DNA of 63,165 nt, filler included. It is 15 parts of 15 records of this genome, joined end to end, with 100 filler letters (N's around TTAATTAATTAA, not from the genome) between each part and the next. Parts side by side here need not be neighbours in the genome. Positions count along the whole stretch, not along the records: positions 18,284 to 24,523 come from SRR7504441_88945; positions 24,624 to 30,082 come from SRR7504441_89217; positions 30,183 to 34,809 come from SRR7504441_89322; positions 34,910 to 38,330 come from SRR7504441_90061; 11 more parts are not named here. The stretch is one strand, 5' to 3'. The notes beneath the pieces were generated by a model that worked only from the letters and a program-made list of their open reading frames with translations, ran no database searches and had not been told where the DNA came from. Each line of letters opens with the position of its first letter. Positions within the stretch are counted from its first letter, which is position 1. Of this stretch, positions 22,787 through 35,249 are shown piece after piece. A program made the translations under genes and the position numbers.

Positions 22787-24523
22787 CTAGGCGCCCCGGC
22801 TGATATTGAGCATGTACACTAGCTCGTTCGGCCGAGACGGTGGGGCGTCTGCAAAGAAGCGCATGGTGAGACTCTCGGCACCCGACACCTCGATGCTTGA
22901 GTAGCCGAACGAGTCAAAGCGCCATCGTGACCATGCTGGTGGGTAGCCAACTGGGTATGGCTCAGTCGGGAATTTGGTGAGACTCTGGCCGCCGTTGCCA
23001 ACTACAGCGTGGATGGGAGCTCCGTAGCCACCAGCAGCAGGCACAACGCACGAGCCATTGATCAGAGGGCAAGTCACTTCGGCGTTGTGCACGTGGCCCC
23101 AGAGACATAGATCCACCTCGTGCTGCACCAGCACATTCTCCACGTCAGGCCACCACGACCCGTCAGCGAGATCGTATCCGCTGGCGTTCGATGTCGACGA
23201 GTACATCGGGCGATGTCCCATCACGATCACCCACGGTGTCAACGAGCGCTGCACCGCCTGCAAATCCTTCTGGATGAAGCTCAGCTGCGCCGAGCCGGCC
23301 GCCGCGCTCATCTCTGTGTCCATCATGAGAAAATGGACGGGGCCTTGCTCGAATGAGAACCAGCCTGCATCTTGCCTGTGCGACGGCGTCGGCATCCGAA
23401 ATCGGGCCTGAGTGGGGATGCCGCACTCCCCACCACTGTCGCTGCCTCCGATGGCGTTCCCGCTTCCGGGGTAATCCCTCTCGTGGTTTCCTTGGCCTAT
23501 CATATACGGCGTGGAGCTGGCGAGCGGCTCGATCTGGCTCATGAAGAAGTCCCACTCCGTCTCATATCCAGTGGCGTAGGCCAGATCGCCGATGTGCACC
23601 ACAACGTCGCTCTCAGTAGCGGGGGAGGCTGCTGCGAGTCGGGCTAGCGTGTGTGCCCCAGGTGGCGAGGATTTGCCTGTGTGTACCTCCCCGTCGCGTG
23701 GGCTGAGCGCCACTGGGACACTCCCTGGGCAGCCCCACGGATGTACTGCGCCGGTGTAGGTATCTATCGCAAAAGGCTCCATCCAATGATACTGCGCACC
23801 GTCGGTATAACTTTCCCCAACATCAGCCAGCACTGTTACACGCAGCTTCGCTGTTGCAGAGGGCGGGATCGGCGCACTGAAGGAGTGCTCCATGGACCAA
23901 CCCATGCTGTGCGAGCCTACGACATAGTACACTGTGCTGCCGGGGGCGAGGCCGTTGATGACCGCATTGTAGAACCATGGGGTATCCCACCAACCATGTG
24001 ATGTAGCTGGCGGCCCACACAGGTCTTCCTTGCTGTAGCTGGCCGGCGTGGCGGAGGCATTGCCAGTGTACTGCCCTGCCCTCGGGCCCCAGCGCACAAC
24101 TGCCTCAGCAGTGAGCAGAAACGATTCGAATTGTACACGCATCTCACTGTGTGAGCCAGTAAGCGCCAGATGCAGATGCCGTGGCGCGTTCGGGCTGCGC
24201 ACCTGTGTTGGTGCCGAACTGGTGAGATGGATTGGGTAGCTGGTTCCATTAGAGAACAGCGCAAAGATGAGTGGCTGACGGACTGCCTCGAGCCTGAACT
24301 TGGTCGAGCCGGACTGCTGGGTGATCGGCTTCCACTTGATCGGAGAGCTGGCCAGCCACGGCGGGTTGGCGCAAGGCCACGCCTGCGGCCCGATGGGAGT
24401 CAGGTCCGAGGAAGCCGCGAACACCCCGACCCAGGCCGACAAGTGCTGAGCTTGCTCGCAGTGGCTGTCCTGAGTGCAAATGTACTCGCTGGTATTGCGG
24501 GCGAGCTCCTCGGGTGGGATACC
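22787..24523 (-). CDS. Purple acid phosphatase (nucleotide pyrophosphatase/phosphodiesterase type), 5'-partial
   Basis: Metal ligand blocks ADVG, HIGDLAY, GNHE, GHRPMY and GHVH, plus DSGGECG and an FN3-like N-terminal domain. Confidence 0.93.
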   Translation of the reverse strand, partial: GIPPEELARNTSEYICTQDSHCEQAQHLSAWVGVFAASSDLTPIGPQAWPCANPPWLASSPIKWKPITQQSGSTKFRLEAVRQPLIFALFSNGTSYPIHLTSSAPTQVRSPNAPRHLHLALTGSHSEMRVQFESFLLTAEAVVRWGPRAGQYTGNASATPASYSKEDLCGPPATSHGWWDTPWFYNAVINGLAPGSTVYYVVGSHSMGWSMEHSFSAPIPPSATAKLRVTVLADVGESYTDGAQYHWMEPFAIDTYTGAVHPWGCPGSVPVALSPRDGEVHTGKSSPPGAHTLARLAAASPATESDVVVHIGDLAYATGYETEWDFFMSQIEPLASSTPYMIGQGNHERDYPGSGNAIGGSDSGGECGIPTQARFRMPTPSHRQDAGWFSFEQGPVHFLMMDTEMSAAAGSAQLSFIQKDLQAVQRSLTPWVIVMGHRPMYSSTSNASGYDLADGSWWPDVENVLVQHEVDLCLWGHVHNAEVTCPLINGSCVVPAAGGYGAPIHAVVGNGGQSLTKFPTEPYPVGYPPAWSRWRFDSFGYSSIEVSGAESLTMRFFADAPPSRPNELVYMLNISRGA

Positions 24524-24757
24524 NNNNNNNNNNNNNNNNNNNNNNNNNNNNNNNNNNNNNNNNNNNNTTAATTAATTAANNNNNNNNNNNNNNNNNNNNN
24601 NNNNNNNNNNNNNNNNNNNNNNNCCCCCCCCCCCCCTGACCCACTAAAGTCTTACAAAGATCATGAAGGAATTACTTGTACAACTTAGTATCATATGTAA
24701 TAATTAACCACCAGTTCCAAGCGCTATTGACCGGTGACCAGCACCACTTACAAGTAG

Positions 24758-27700
24758 CTAGAAGCAGCCGCTGTTGTACTGGTCCCAGTTCCACTCCAGC
24801 GCCTCCCTCATCGGACTCTCGCGCTCATCGAGCTTTGGCAGGAAATAAACGTTCATTCTCTCAAGAAACCTTCGAGCGTAAAACCCGGGAGGAGCAGACG
24901 AAATGCTCTTCTTATCCGCTCGCATCACAAACGTCTGTAACCCACCGGTTAATTAACGGAAAATAACGGCCAGCCAAAGCGTGCTGTGCGGGCGGTTATT
25001 TTTAAGCTACTGGTAAGCACCTTGAAGAAGCGTTCTGCGCTCTTATTCCAGTTGTATCTGTACCCCAACAGTCAGCCCTACTAAGGGGTAGTGCTATGGA
25101 GCACTTTTGTGAAATGTCTATGATCCCGAAACAATAATAATGCTGCTCCTCCCCCAGCTGCGGGTGCCGCCCTTTGAAACAAGGATACCTGCACCCATTG
25201 TCACCCCGCCCCCGGCGGCAACCGACCTATCCCTCCGGCCTGCTAGCTTCTCCTGATACAGCGATTCCAGCTGCGGCGTGTACCCAAATCTGAGGCCAGA
25301 TCTCTCAACTGATGATTACAACGGACTAAAAGCGTGTCACCGGGCCACTAGCATGCTGTAATCCATGACGCCATGCTGCGCCAGAAACCTACGCGCTCAC
25401 TCAGCCCCGCGCCCGATGCTCGGCTGGATCACCTCACATCCTCAAAGCACTGCGTCATCAACTCCTCCTTGTCCTCCCGACCAAGCACCACAGCGCAATT
25501 ACTCATCGCCTCACCCGAGAAAGACTCATCTTCCGTTGGCGTGCTCCCATAATCGTCCCAGTAGTCTGCGTCGAGCAACGTACCGTGCCGCTCCCCTGGG
25601 CTGTGTCTTTCCCTACGATTGAACGTCGAGCCCTGCCACCAGTCAAACCCCGCCGGTTGGAATCGGTGCCTTTAAGTCATATTTCTGTAGCAGTCCGACG
25701 CTCGTCGGCGTGACGTTGCCCATCACAATAAAACCAAATTCTTTCTGGGCGTCCCGCATCTTAATTGTGTAAAGTCTGACTCAGCAACTCATCAGCTGAG
25801 GTTGTTATCATTACGAATGCTGTTACCCGTAGATCTTGAGTAAAAGTGAGTGCGGATGAGCTAGCATGAACTCAGTGTAGGAGCTGTACCCCGGGCAGTC
25901 AGCAATTTTGCCGTTATATTAACGATAATTGAAAGAAGAAGATGACTAATAATAAGGCGGCACCTGGCGAAAGAGGCCACGAAATCGAACTCCGAGTCTG
26001 TCATCAGCTTCACCTTGCCGCCCCCTCAACCCCCTGAACCGCCAGCCGCCCACACCAGGTGCCGCGAGTCGTGCGTGATGTACAACGGCATCCCCGACTT
26101 GCCTCCAAGATTAAACCGCTCGACCATCTGAATCACTTGCGACTGAGTTGTCCGGAACGACGACAAATACATCTGCTCACCGAATCAATTAACATATTAT
26201 CTATCCCGCGCACCTGATCCGCCGGCTCGATCCCGCGGACGTCGTTCAGTGTCGCCTTGCCGCCCGGGAGGGTCTCGACTTCAGACCACCGAAGCTCCTC
26301 GGTTGTGCGCTCAATTGGCGTTTGGTTAGAGGAATCTGCGAGGAAGTGCATTCGAAGGTTGTAGAACTTAGTGGCCTGGACGGCGGCGAACATGTACATT
26401 GGGCGGTACCTGCACACTCCCGATTAGGCAGGTGTTAAGCTATGGCATTTCCTTATTCGGCAGGTGTTAAGCTATGGCATGCCCTAATGAGGAAAGGTGT
26501 GTTACATCTCCTTGAGTGAGTAGAGCTTCTGCAGCTCCACGTGCAACCCCTCCTCATCCAGCCTATCCCCCACACTCTTCAGCACCCCGCCTCCTGCCAC
26601 TAACTCACTGCATCGTCAGCCGCTGGTTGCTCATCTCTTCCGATCCCAAGCTGCTACTCAGGAGAGCCGGATGAGACCCGGTGCTTTCTCCTATCTCGGC
26701 AATCTCTTCCGTGAGGCGGTCGATTTGCATCTGCAGATGCTGCAAAACGCCTCAGCCACAATATCGCTTAATTAACACATTTGTCCTAATCAGGCAACAG
26801 TCTATAGCTTAACAGCGCCTTCCTAATCGGGAACGCACCTGGCACAGCTTCTTCTGCGGATGCTCCGCGTCGCCGTCCTCCGGCCAATACAACCGCTGCC
26901 CGTCGTTATTGCCTAATTAGGAAGGTGGGACGTCACCTGCATCGCCGGGTGCAAGTGCTCAAGACTCGTAAAGTACTGACAAAACGGCAACGCGTCGCGC
27001 AGCGAGCAAAACTTGCTGTACCACAGCGCTCATTGCGTGCTGCCATACACACGCACCTGCAGCGGCCGGCGCGCTGGCCTTGGGTTTGGTCAAAGAGGGT
27101 CATGTCCCGTAGCCGACACACTTTCTCTATCCCATCGCCCACCTGCCCAGACCGGAGGCTTAATAAAATGGTGACACCATATTACAGAGGAACTCACCAG
27201 TCTGACCACTTCGGCTCTGAGAAAATAATCATTTGTCTGTTGGTAGCTCTCATTCTCAAGCCGAGATTTGAACCTGCAGAGGCCCGTTGCCTAATTAGGC
27301 AATTAGGGACGTCACATGTGCCCCTCCAGCCGTTTCCTTGCCCGAGTGGTCGGCGGGCTGTTGAGTGGAGCTCCCAAAGACATCCCAGTCACCCGCCGCG
27401 ATGACTGACTGCACAAACCCCCCGTGAGCTCAAATGATTCGAATTAAATGATGCTTATCATTATCGTAGCAGCCACCTGGCGCGGCCAATGAAAGGCTCA
27501 GATAGCCCTCTCTCCGGATCTGTGTCGGGGTCTTCTGGGCCGGGGCAGCAAAGCTCGACCACTCGCTCGTGCGCTACTAAGTACGCATACCTGGGTGGGC
27601 ACTCATCAGATAAAATATAATTGATGAGCAATACTTGAATCTTGTGAGCACACCAGGAGCGTAGGGGATCCACAAGAGCATGTGCAGCAGCGAACGCGTC

Positions 27701-30020
27701 ACCTGCGGATTAATTGAGTGTTAAGCTGGGATTTCCGTTATTCTAACGGACCATCATGAGTGAGACGATAATGTATATTGAGGGCACGGTGCATGCCGAG
27801 TAATCCAGCGCCAACGCCATGGCCATAACTCCGATACTCACCTGTTGGACGCTCAGCGCTCGAGCAATCAATTAGTGATTAGATCACCCAAAAGACGCCG
27901 TGAATCACCACAAATTTCTTTGAAAAGTCAAGCGTCTGCAAACCGTTAATTAATCAATAAATAATCCGTAATTAAATTGCCTGGACACGTGAGCTCTGAG
28001 AGAACTGGAAGCCTGCAACCGACATTCAGTCCGTTAAAGTCCGTTATTAATTGAGAGCTACCGAGGTCCAGCACAGCAACGGAGTGCTGCCAGACCCACA
28101 GCGAGTAGAGTACAATCGCCACCACCGGGAAATAAATAAAAAATGCGTTGGTGTAATTGAAAGTCCCAAAGAACGAGCCCTGTCCGCCCTCAAATCTCCC
28201 GAATCCGAATTCAAATCACCGTGACAAACTCGCCCGTGCTGGTGTCAAAATCCCTGTCGCTCAGCGTCCGAGCGTACCTGCCAGTTCCGTTGTTTTCGGT
28301 TGGCCAACGGATTTTCACCAGCAAAACATGAATTGTGAGAGCCCTTCGAGAGGCGAATTTGAGGTCCGAAACTCACCAAAAGTCTCTCCGACCTGTCAAA
28401 GTCGCTCCCAACGGCTGGCGGTTGGGGATAGGCACCATGCTGTAGAGCAGCAGGAAGCTGTAGGACCCGGCCACCCATAGCGCCACGCTCACATAGTACG
28501 GAGTCGAATTCTTGGGCCGAAACGGATTCCGAACATCCGAGATCAGAGCATGCGACACACTGAAATAAAAGCCCAGAGACGCCACCCATCCGCAGTGAAA
28601 GAACGACGAGTAGACGAAGCAATCGTTGGAGTGCCCGGTGAGGTACCATACCACGATCGTCAGGTACATAATCGTCTCACTTCCGATCATCCCGCAACAC
28701 ATGTCGAAACAGACCCGACGCTGCTCCTTCTTGGACAGAAACCAGGAGAAAAGTAACGGCAAATTGATCACCAGCGCGATGAAACAGGCGATACAGTACC
28801 ATCGTGCCGCGTTGTGCGCGTGGTCGGCGAATATGTCGTTGGTGATTTGAAACGCAAACGCTGCTGTTGGTTGGGCGTCGCAGTCAGAGCAATTTAGAAT
28901 AGACTCCGGCAAAGCTCGGGCGTTGAACGTGACAGTGCTCGGGCCTGCCGCCGCAACGGTCAGTCCGTTGGCAGTCGGTTGGGATGATTAAATGAGAGTT
29001 AACCTGTGTACGGGCACGTCTGGAAAGTCCCCGACATCGCCGTCATATCCACAAGCACCTGTCGGTTGGATTCTATTTATAGCCAATGTCCGTTGGGGCG
29101 CACCGCGGTCGGGTGCAGCCCGGTGTAGTAGTCGCACCAGAACGCCGGCTGGTCCTCGCCGGGTTTCACAAACTTCCTCCGCGACGGAGTCGACGACAAA
29201 TCGGAGCTCGAGACATTCCCGTAAACGTCGGTTGAATACGGCCGGACCACAACGTTCTCGCTGCCCCAACCGTCAGCCCTCTCCCAACGGATTTCCGTTA
29301 CCGGGCGAACCCCCAACCGCCCACGTGCTCGGCCCAGCTTGCCCAGTAATTATCGGGTGAGTCCCGCTGCTCAAAGAACAGCGCTCCCGTCATATCCGAG
29401 CCGCCCACCTCGATCTGCCCAAACAGCGCCGAGATTGCGGTTATGCACTCAACGTCCTGCAGGTTTCCGTTGTACGCGCTCCCGTCCGTCAAAACCCAAT
29501 CGGCCGTCCCATTCTGGGCCGTCTGCGCCCGCCGGAGCGACAGCCCCAGCGCGCTCAGCCTGTCCGTTGCCGTTACGCCGATTGCCGTTACCCGGGCGGA
29601 CCGCTCGGGGTAGCTGAGTCCGTTGGGGTCCGGCAGGTTGGCGCACGGGTTACAAACTGACAGCTCGAATCCCGCCCCGCCGGCCAGCTCGAGCTGCCGT
29701 TGGCGATCAACGGCCGTGGCCGCCGGTTGGGGATTGCCTGGAAGACCACGTCCGACCACTGGTCCCGCATCCGCGTGATCCGCCAGGCCTCCCCGCACCC
29801 CAGCCCCCACGGGTTCACATGCGCACTGCTCCCTCCACTGGCCACCGAGTACCTGCCTCAACGGTCAACGCCCCATCCCCGGCCGGCCGCGCCTGGGCCC
29901 GGCGGCCGCGGTGGCCGCGTTGTTGAGCCCCGGGCAATCCGGGGCCACCGTGCCCCCCGCGCTGGTCGGCCAGAGCGCCAACAGCACGACCACCGCCGCC
30001 AGCCGCTGCTGTGGCCACAT
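24758..30020 (-). CDS. GPCR-PIPK: signal peptide + ectodomain + 7TM receptor + phosphatidylinositol phosphate kinase; about 31 introns
   Basis: Hand-spliced: MWPQQRLAAVVVLLAL signal; TM helices from 28912 down; linker LRAEVVRL|VGDGI; PIPK motifs GGKSG, HL|VKLM, LLLKIYG|LY, FIVMGNV, YDLK|GS, FLAQHGVMDYSML, FGIIDISQ|KYNWNKSAERFFK, ISSAPPGFYARRFL; stop at 24758-24760. Confidence 0.88.
26418..26492. repeat. Intronic tandem repeat GGCAGGTGTTAAGCTATGGCAT x2 (period 32) interleaved with CArG-like boxes
   Basis: Identical 22-mers at 26427-26448 and 26459-26480, next to CCCGATTAGG, CCTTATTCGG and CCTAATGAGG. Confidence 0.9.
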
Positions 30021-30303
30021 TTCGCACCAACGTTAAAACCAACGGACGGATGTGAAGAGCGATGGCGCCGAGGACGAGGAAGNNNNNNNNNNNNNNNNNN
30101 NNNNNNNNNNNNNNNNNNNNNNNNNNTTAATTAATTAANNNNNNNNNNNNNNNNNNNNNNNNNNNNNNNNNNNNNNNNNNNNCCCCGACCCGGCGCGCTC
30201 CCAACCCAGAGCCGAGTGCCGCGGCTCAGGCCAAGCTCCGCCCGGGGCTGATTCCGTTGCCAGCGAGCGATTGCCCAGTGGTGACGCGCGGGTCGCGGGG
30301 CAG

Positions 30304-33300
30304 ATGAACACCACCCAGCTGACCCAGGAGACGCTTCCGTCGCAGACCCAGTCGCAACAGCCCACCCAGCAGCCGGATGAGCGGGGGGGCGATGGCGGGT
30401 TCGGCGGGCCGGAGGGGCAAGAGCTGCAGTTTATGGAGTTCAACACGCAGGCGTCGCAGGGGTACGAGGCCTACTCTGGGTTCACGCAGCCGATCGGGGG
30501 CGAGTCCCAGCCGGCCAACTGGGCGCCGTCGCAGGGCACCGCCCACCAGATGGTCTCGTCGGCGATGGCGCCGATGGGCAACTACAACTTTATGGAGTAT
30601 CCGAGCAGCGGGCAGCCCGGCGGCGACGACGGCTGGGGGCCGCAGGACTCGGATACGATGCAGGCCGATCTGAGCGGGATCGACGACATCTTTGACGACG
30701 AGGCTGACAACAACGACGACGACCAGGGGCCGTACCGGTACGAAGAGCTACCCGAGTGGGCCTGCCGGTACTGCGGAGTGCACTCGCCGGCCTCATGTGT
30801 GCGGTGCGGCGACGGGATGTGGTTCTGCAACGGCAAACTCTCGGCCTCCTCGTCCATCTCGTGCATCGTCAACCACCTGGTTCGGAGCAAGCAGAAGGAG
30901 GTCTGCATGCGGCTGCGGGCTGCAGGCTGAGCTGGGGGCAGGTGACTCTGCACCAAGACTCACCGCTGGGCGAGACGGTGCTCGAATGCTACCAGTGCGG
31001 GACCAAGAACTCATTCCTGCTCGGGTTCATCCCGGCTAAGACCGACTCTGTGGTGGTGCTGCTCTGCCGGGTGTGTCTGGACTCCGGCAACCTGGCCGAT
31101 ATGAACTGGGACCTGAGCCAGTGGCTGCCGCTGATAGAGAACCGCTCGTTCCTGCCCTGGCTGGTCAAGCCGCCCACGGAGGCCGAGACCCGCCGGGCGT
31201 GGCACCCTTCGATCCAGCAGATCAATAAGCTCGAGGAGCTCTGGAAGAGCAACCCGAACGCTAAAATCGAGGACTTGGACCGTCCAGGGGTGGACACCGA
31301 GCCCGAGCCGGTGCTGATGCGGTACGAGGACGCGTACCACTACCAGAACGTGCTCGGGCCGCTCACCAAGCTGGAGGCAGACTATGACAAGCGGATGAAG
31401 GAGGCGCAGACCAGGGACGGAATCACTGTGCGGTGCGCTGGCTGGCTGGGCGCGGGGCGACCGGCAGGCCAGGTGGGACATGGCCCTGAACAAGAAGCAC
31501 GTGGCCTATTTCCTGATGCCCACAGCCGACAACGAGCTGCGGCTTGTGCCAGGCGACGAGCTCAAGCTGAGGTACCCTGGCGACCAGCACAGGGCTCCGT
31601 GGGAGAGCCTGGGGCACGTGACAAAGCTCAACATGAACGACGAGGTCTGCCTGGAGCTGCGCGACAGGCATTGCCCGACAGAATGCAACCACGGGTTTGT
31701 TGTGGACTTTGTTTGGAAGTCGACATCATTCGACCGAATGCAGACCGCCATGTGCACGTTTGCCACGCAGGAGACCTCAGTGTCCGGCTACTTGTACCAC
31801 AGGCTGCTCGGGCACGACGTGGAGCAGCAGACTGTGCGCGGCAACCTGCCCAAGCGATACTCGGTCCCTGGGCTGCCGGAGCTCAACCACTCGCAGGTGT
31901 CGGCGATCAAATCCGTGCTCCAGCGAGGCATGAGTCTGATCCAGGGCCCGCCCGGCACCGGCAAGACTGTCACCTCCGCCTCGATCGTGTACCATCTGGC
32001 CAAGATGGGCCAGGGCCAAGTGCTGGTGTGCGCTCCGAGTAACGTGGCTGTCGACCAGTTGGCCGAGAAGATCCACTCGGCTGGGATCAAGGTCGTGCGG
32101 CTTTGCGCCAAGTCGAGGGAGTCTGTGGGCTCGAGCGTGGAGTTCCTCACGCTTCACTATCTGGTGAGGCACCTGGACAAGCTGGTCGAGAGAGGCGAGC
32201 TGCACAAGCTCCAATTGCTCAAGGACGAGCAAGGCGAGCTGTCAGCATCGGACGAGAAGAAATACAAGAAGCTCAAGCGCCAGACTGAGGAGGAGATCCT
32301 CCACTCGGCAGAAGTGATCTGCTGCACCTGTGTCGGGGCGGGCGACTCCAGGTTGGCACAGCTCAGGTTCAGACAAGTTTTGATCGACGAGTCCACCCAG
32401 GCCACTGAGCCTGAGTGCCTTATTCCGATAGTGCTTGGGGCCAAACAGCTGGTGCTGGTGGGCGACCACTGCCAGCTCGGCCCAGTGGTCATGTCCAAGC
32501 AGGCGGCTCGGGCGGGCCTGTCCCAGTCGCTGTTTGAGCGGCTCGTGCTGCTCGGCGTCCGGCCGATCCGGCTCCAAGTGCAGTACCGGATGCATCCAGC
32601 CCTCTCCGAGTGGCCTTCCAACACATTCTACGAGGGCTCCCTCCAGAACGGGGTCACAGCCAGTGAGCGGATCCAGCACTTTGTCGACTTCCAGTGGCCA
32701 GTTCCGGACCGGCCGCACTTTTTCTACAACTCATTAGGCCAGGAGGAAATGTCAGCTACAGGCACTTCATATCTGAACCGGACAGAGGCAGCTAATGTCG
32801 AGAAAGTGGTGACTCAGCTGCTGCGGTGCGGCGCCGTGCCCGCGCAGGTGGGCGTGATTACACCCTACGAGGGCCAGCGTGCGTACATTGTGTCGTATAT
32901 GGCCCGGAACGCGGCGCTTCGGCAAGCGCTTTACCAGGAGATCGAGGTGGCCTCTGTCGACTCGTTCCAGGGCCGCGAGAAGGATTACATCGTCGTGTCG
33001 TGTGTGAGGTCGAACGAGCACCAAGGAATCGGCTTTTTGAGCGATCCACGCCGGCTGAACGTGGCCCTCACCCGTGCCAAGTATGGTGTTGTAATCCTGG
33101 GCAACCCAAAGGTGCTCTCCAAGCACCCGCTGTGGAACAACCTGCTCACCCACCTGAAAGACGGCGACTGCGTGGTCGAAGGCCCTCTCAATGACCTCCA
33201 GACCTCAAAAGTCCAATTCCACAGGCCGCGCTCGAATTATTACGCGCGGCGCTTCTTGCCAGGGGGTAACATGGACAGGCCGTCCAACTCGGATGACCAG

Positions 33301-33834
33301 AACGGCCCATCGCGCTCCACGCGCGAGAGTTCGAGCTACTACGACACCATGTCTCAGGGTTCACTCCCACCCCCCGGACCCAATTCCTTTGTGCCTGAGA
33401 CTGAGGTGTCGCGGCCTTCGTATGGATACCACCAGCGGCAGCAGCCTCGGGATCACGTGCATGCGAATGCAACAGCGCTCGGGTTTGTTGCGCCCGGCCA
33501 CTTTGAGGGCGTGCAGCCACCTCAGTATGGCGAGGGAGCATCCAAGCCGGAGTCGCAGAGGCAGCGGAAGAAGACTGCACAGGAGCAGAAGGAGTCACAG
33601 CAAGAGGAGCTGCGGCAGCAAGTCTCGCAGACAGAGGGTTACAGTCCGATGGACGGTTCTCTCATGTCGGGTGAGATGGACAACCTGACGCTCTCTGGGC
33701 TGAGCCAAGATTCATTCGACTTTAAGAGCCAACCGATGACTTTTGACTTCAAATCGCAGGATACGGCGGACGAGCTGATTGCGGCTGGGATGGGCAGCCA
33801 GCAGCTGGGCGACCTGGACCCGCCTGAGTTGTGA
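30304..33834 (+). CDS. UPF1: Regulator of nonsense transcripts 1 (UPF1 RNA helicase); introns 30901-30941 and 31433-31472
   Basis: CH zinc domain ([32 protein letters not shown]), [30 protein letters not shown] and [11 protein letters not shown]. Confidence 0.98.
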
Positions 33835-35249
33835 AGAGTCTGAACCCATTGGTGCATCTGCAACCTGTGAGCTTAGGGCTTGCACTGATTTAAGGAGGCT
33901 GCCAAGGTGTGAGATTGCTACCGCCACGTTTGCAGTAGACGAGGCTAACTAGGCCTCCGGCAGCACTTGTCTGAGGTTCATGCATCAGCTGTGTGGTGAG
34001 ACGTCCTGGTGAGGCGTGGCTGGTCACACTGATTCTAAGCTCACCTAGACGGGGCACAACCACAGATGCTCAGAGATGCTCATGACGGGGGCCGCCTGCC
34101 TTTGGCTTGATCAAGACCGACAACAGTTCGGTGGCCTCAGCATGCGGATCCTTGGTTCCGATTGAAGTCAAATGTGAATCATTTAGTTGTGCGAAGTTCG
34201 GTATAAATACAATACTCGACTAATACGGGCGACTGAATACTAAGTTTTGCTTCATGACTGACTACTGTATATCGGCATTACCGGTACTTTAGTGGTCTTG
34301 GCTCGTATACGTATGACATTGTTATGACATTGTGTGACTCGGCGTCACTCGGGCATCGATCGAGATATGAATAGACTCGAAACAAGAGGCTGTTTTGTAC
34401 TGGTACTGTCGTAGTATCGCTGTGGCTGTGGATGCTGCTCGAAGTGTACGAACAGTTAACTTTTCGCAACGGCCGTTAGTGCGTGAGGGGCTTGTCCTTG
34501 TTCGCCTCGTAGCTCTTTGAACGCGGGTCCCGATGGCTGCGGTGCCGCCGAGCTTCTCGGTGCGGCCGCAGGATCCGCCCTATTATTAACAACCGGAGTT
34601 CCTGCTGGTAATGGTCGAGCCGGGAATCGCCGTGTAGAAGGGCCAAGCTCGCAGCACATGGCACTACAGCACTACATGTACATGTCCTCATGGCAACCAG
34701 GGTACCGTATTATGTTAACTACACCTAGCCTCGTGATGAAAACGCTTCTTTCTTTCTTTTCTTTCTCTCTCCTGCATATCCTGCAGGGCGGCGGTTGAGT
34801 GCCCCGCACNNNNNNNNNNNNNNNNNNNNNNNNNNNNNNNNNNNNNNNNNNNNTTAATTAATTAANNNNNNNNNNNNNNNNNNNNNNNNNNNNNNNNNNN
34901 NNNNNNNNNATTCTCCGGTTCTGGCCACCGGTACATGTAGCCGCCGCGGATCTCTATCGGATCTCCGACCCAACCCGGCCTCTGCAGATGGTCAGAATTA
35001 AGAGGGAGCCGGGCTCACAACGACTCCAAGACGATCGCGCCTATTTGGATACGCGCAGATACGCGCATGCACAATGACTGTATACATGTACTTATATGAT
35101 TGTATTTAGTTTTGTTAATTATTAATAAAAGATGTAAGTACTCAGCAATCTAAACCTGATTCCGAGGCCAACCTTAATTATTAGACCAGGACGTAATTCA
35201 TTCTAGGTATAACATCATATTGGCATTGAAATCGTGTACATGTAGATCA

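Noticed and set aside
24624-28400. Apparent non-coding or pseudogene region, or alternative genetic code
   Set aside because: All stops fall inside removable GT/GC-AG introns, and the standard code gives intact PIPK motifs.
24758-30020. Nucleosome-like periodicity of introns (mean about 170 bp per exon plus intron)
   Set aside because: Individual donor-to-donor distances range from about 80 to 570 bp with no clear mode near 170.
30901-31472. Apparent frameshifts in UPF1 (and in ALDH, HECT, PP2A B'')
   Set aside because: Explained by short canonical introns that restore conserved sequence. Not programmed frameshifts or pseudogenes.
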